Positions 60,001 through 64,000 of a stretch of 64,000 bases of DNA are shown one piece after another. The translations under genes were made by a program, and so were the position numbers. The DNA lies in assembly GCA_964016885.1 (NCBI GenBank), contig OZ024743.1:203980001-204044000 (forward strand), in the 5' to 3' direction. The notes under the pieces are model-generated. The model had not been told where the DNA came from, did no database searches, and was given only the letters and a program-made list of their open reading frames with translations. How positions within the stretch are numbered: the first letter of the stretch is position 1; every line of letters begins with the position of its first letter. This DNA is from Eledone cirrhosa. Taxonomy: Eukaryota.

Positions 60001-61710
60001 GGTGGTGTTGCTGCTGTGGGTCTCTTTGCAGTAGACTTTACCCTTTTCTCATTTCTTTCCTCCCTTTTCAAAGGCGACGATGCGCTGCTTCTGCGTTTGT
60101 GCGTTCTTACGACCTTTTGCCATCCCTCTCCCACCTCACACTCCATGTCTGATTCTGTGAGGTCGGGGAGGGGTACCAGCTCCACTCTTTCACTTGTTGT
60201 CGTTGGTGATGTTTGCACTGGAGTCTCTGTTGCAGCTGCATTTGGTATTGCTGTTGTTGTTGTTAATATTTCCACTGCTGCTGTTTTTGATTTCTGTGGC
60301 GTGGGTATGGGTGCCACGGACTTATCGTTCCTGGTTGCCGCTTGTCCTGTTGCTGGTAGCCGTGGAGCCGGTTTCGGAAGGAGGGGGGTTTTCTCCTTTC
60401 TCAGGGTCTTCTCGTTGCAGAAGGCCCTGAGGTGAGTCTTCGATCCACAGCGAAAGCATTTCGGGCGTTTTCCCTCAACACTTATGGGCAGTTGAGTGCC
60501 GTTATCGAAGTCTATCACATCCGGGATAGCTTCGATGCACTCCTGGTTGGTTTGGATTAGCATCTCAATGGAGGTGCCGACCCAATCTTCTCTTACTTTT
60601 TTCTGTACTTGCAGTACAGTTGTTTTGTCCTCGATTCCGACGAGGACAGACGCGGCCAGCCAGAAGGGGCCTTCCCGGGGGGGACGTGGGTCAGTTTGAC
60701 CCTCACAATTTTTTGCCCGCAGTAGGAGGGCACCAACACCATTTCCTCGCTCCTTAGGGTCACTACGGATTGGGCCTTTGCCTCCTGGGGTGTGGCAAAA
60801 GTACGTCTACGGTGGCATATTTTTTGCCTCGGGTGATGTGCGTTTTCCGCTGCCACACAGACCCCAAGGCTTTTTGTATTTGAGCCTCTGTGGCTCTTTC
60901 CAGCCTACGGGATTTTGTACTTACTGTACGGTACGTGACCGTACAGTGCTGTTGGGTTTCCAAAAAATTTTCCGCTGCCTTGCAGATTGCTCGGTGTCCA
61001 GTCTTTGTCACTATCTTCTTCGCTTCCTCTAATTCCTCATTTGTTATGAGGATTGTTTCCAAGTTTTTCGCAATACCTGCAAACGGGATTGCTTTTTCTT
61101 TGCTGCTGTTGTTGTTGTTGTCGTCAGAGCTGCTGTTACTTTTGTTGTTGCTGCAGGTACTACGACTACTGCCTCCGCCGCTGTTGCTGTGGTTGTTGTT
61201 GGTGTTGCTGCTGCTAATGCTGTTGTTGTTTATGCTGTTGTTGTTGATGCTGTTGCGGCTGCTACTGTTGTTTTCATTGTCACTGTTGCTGTTGTTATTA
61301 CGGCTGCTACTGCTATTATTCCTGACGTCAGACGAATGAACTGGGTTTTCGTATTTCCCGCGCACCTGTTTCGTCGCTGTCGTCGTCGTCGTGGAGAAAC
61401 CTTGCACGCTTTGCACGAGACTTTTCTTTTCTTTCGTCGCTTGCGAAAGAGAAGGGAGGGAGAGAGACACATTTAAAGAAGGGAGGGAGAGAGACAATCT
61501 TCTCTCTGCTGTAGTGATGATTGAGGAAGAAGAAGACGGAATGAGTGGGAGTGACCTATGAAATTTCTTTTTCGTAGCCATGTTGTTTTTGTTTTTTTTG
61601 TTTAAAATAAATATTGGGTACAAAACCCCAATAAGCAGTTATTTAACCCCGAAGGGCCAAATAACGGGCAGAAAGACCCCTCTCACGAGGAGGAGGGTGT
61701 TTTTGTCTAC
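57047..61710 (-). mobile_element. L1/Tx1-clade LINE, 3'-truncated; ORF1 with CCHC knuckle, ORF2 EN (59449-58770) + RT (to ~57047)
   Basis: CFRCGSKTHLRAFC; GSINARGL, SETR, VYAP, GDWN, SYLDR; KSPGLDG, DQSKAFD, VRQGCPLS, AYADD, FLWKG. Deletion and frameshift after the EN. Confidence 0.92.
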
Positions 61711-61825
61711 AAGTTCGTTAAAGTTTTAAACAATTTACACTTGTTATAGTGTTCAAAATTTACAATACCTTACAGAGCCGAGCCTCCGTCAACCATAGCA
61801 TTCAATAATAATAATAATAATAATA

Positions 61826-62840
61826 TCAACAAGTGACATAGACATGCTGATAGAAATAATCTGTGTTCAGATGGAGAAAAACAACCTACACAAATACGTG
61901 ACTGATAGTAAGAAGCCAACGCTCAGAATTGTACTGAAGGAGAGGACAATAGACCAGGGGATGTCCAAGGAGGAAATAACAACAAGGAGAAAGCGCAGCC
62001 TTCATGAAAAATCCCTTCATAGTACATTCTTTGAGAAAACTGAATTCAGAGATCCACAGACATGGAACTGGTTGAAAAGAGGAGACCTTAAAAAGGCTAC
62101 AGAAGGAATGCTAATGGCTGCGCAAGAGCAGGCCCTCAAAACGAAGTGGTTGAAACACCATATTTACAAGGAGGAGGCTAGCCCACTGTGCAGGATCTGT
62201 GGAGAGAGAGAGGAGACTGTGGCTCACATTTTATCCGAGTGTAAACACCTAGCCCAGACTCACTATAAGGGCTGGAGACATTATGTGATGGGCAGGGTGA
62301 TCCACTGGCACCTATGCAAAGTAAACAATTTACCACATTCTGAGAAGTGGTATGAGCATAAGCCAGAGTCGGTGATAGAAAACGATCAGGTGAAGGTGCT
62401 GTGGGATTTTAGGATACAGACGGACAAGAAACTGGAACACAATAGACCTGACCTGGTGGTTTTGGACAAGGAAAAAAGATCGTGCCTGATTGTGGATGTG
62501 GCCTGCCCATTCGACACGAGAGTGCAAGAGAAGGAGAGGGAGAAAATTAACCGATACCAGGACTTAAAGTGGGAGGTAAAAAGGATTTGGAACTGCCATG
62601 AAGTCAAAGTCGTCCCGATTGTCATAGGCGCACTAGGTACTATCTCAAAAAGTTTCCAGGGATGGTTAAAGAAAATTGGCCCCGCCACGCTTTTTGGAAC
62701 GCTTCAAAAGGAATGCTTGCTGGGAACAGCAAGAACCCTCCGATACGTCCTGAATATCTGAGGCTGCAGGTAGTGGCTTGATATTCATTTCAACAAACTT
62801 TCCAGTTAACTAACATCAATGACTGAGACTCAAAGAACAA
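61826..62840 (+). mobile_element. R4/Dong-clade LINE 3' part (CCHC + restriction-like endonuclease; ORF 61844-62761) in (TAA)n
   Basis: EGMLMAAQEQAL, CRICG..ETVAHILSEC, RPDLVV..IVDVACPFD, K..RY.DL, PIVIGALG. (AAT)n on both sides. Confidence 0.9.
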
Positions 62841-62897
62841 TAATAATAATAATTGTTTCTACTTTAGACACAAGGTCAGCAATTACCCAGTACATTT

Positions 62898-62957
<60 letters not shown>

Positions 62958-64000
62958 AAGAAGAAGAAGGGAAGAAGACGCACGAGGTGGTAGAAGGTCA
63001 TGAAATCGCTCCCGTAAATTTTTGATTTTTAACATATTTAAATCAATTGTGAAATAACAATTCTTAGTACAAATGTTGCATAAACCAGCGAATCAGGTCC
63101 CATAAAGTTTCGGATCCATATTATATTGTTGTATCGCTCAAATATTCAATTTTGTATTATATATTTTGTATTCATAAAAAGAAAATGGTTATAAATGGGA
63201 AAAAAACACCCTCTGTCTACACTATATAGAACAGCCAAATACCAGCAATTTCACCAACACCAGAAACTTGATACACCACCTATCCCATCACACTAAATAT
63301 AACAGCCAGATGACGGCAATTTCGCCAGCATCATAATAATAATTACTATTATTATTGTCTCAAATTTTAAAAAAATGTTTAATTCCAATTTTACGGGAAT
63401 ATGTCAACACAAAATATAATAAAAATATATATTAAACATACGAACACAAACTCATAGATACTAAATATCAGTAACCACAACGCCACCACTGCCACCACCC
63501 CACCCCATCCATCATTGCTACCACTATCCCATCGTCACCGCCACCACTCCTTCAATGCTACCACCACTATTCCCCTGTTAACTTGAGAGAGAAAGGGGAA
63601 GGTGGCGGTATCACTAGACAAGCGAGAGGCTAGCAAAAGATATAAATAGATTGACTTAGTGACCTGGCCACCGGTCAAACGTCAACATCAACAACTATGG
63701 GACTGCTGGCTCACCCCTTCCTCACCAACAATATAAAAAGCCCCGGCACCACCACCGACATAGCCAACAACAATAACAGCCAACTACAACAAAAAGTATA
63801 TTATATAAATGTAATGCACTGGGTGATTGCTGGCCTTGTGCCTGGAGTGGAGGCAATTATTAATAATTTCATTCTTAAGCCACGCAATGCTCACATTAAG
63901 GAACCACTCATGATAATAACAATTTAAAAAAACAACAAAAAGAAAACCCCGTGACCAAGAAATACCGGAATGGCGGCCGGCGGGGAATAGCCGTGTCTCT

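Overview
AT-rich eukaryotic (metazoan) DNA saturated with (TA)n microsatellites and transposable elements. The SINE types and repeat landscape suggest an octopus/cephalopod genome (inference). The only host gene I can support is a minus-strand secreted-protein gene. Its signal-peptide exon (48130-48163) splices in phase to an exon at 686-821, giving MKRFLLLNIFVVTISWWFPLTNG-CAMKASEEFQSC..., which implies a ~47.3-kb intron. Mobile elements: one apparently intact RTE LINE (991-aa ORF with a PHD finger inside the RT) plus decayed copies; Penelope-like elements (PLEs) of at least two lineages; Tx1 and R4/Dong LINEs; Tigger, mariner, DD41D, probable Chapaev3 and Helitron remnants; CORE-type and Nin/Deu-type SINEs. 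The most striking signal, found by hand-folding, is about 18 type I hammerhead ribozyme (HHR) motifs from roughly a dozen unrelated sequence families. They sit in PLE tails, in short fold-back palindromes inserted in (TA)n, and in two non-coding ~430-450-nt tandem units. Those two units carry the same GCCT(G/A)ATTTGCATAT octamer element ~75-80 nt upstream of the ribozyme and are candidate cephalopod retrozymes. Most ORFs in the supplied track are (TA)n artefacts. All RNA folds are manual and need confirming.
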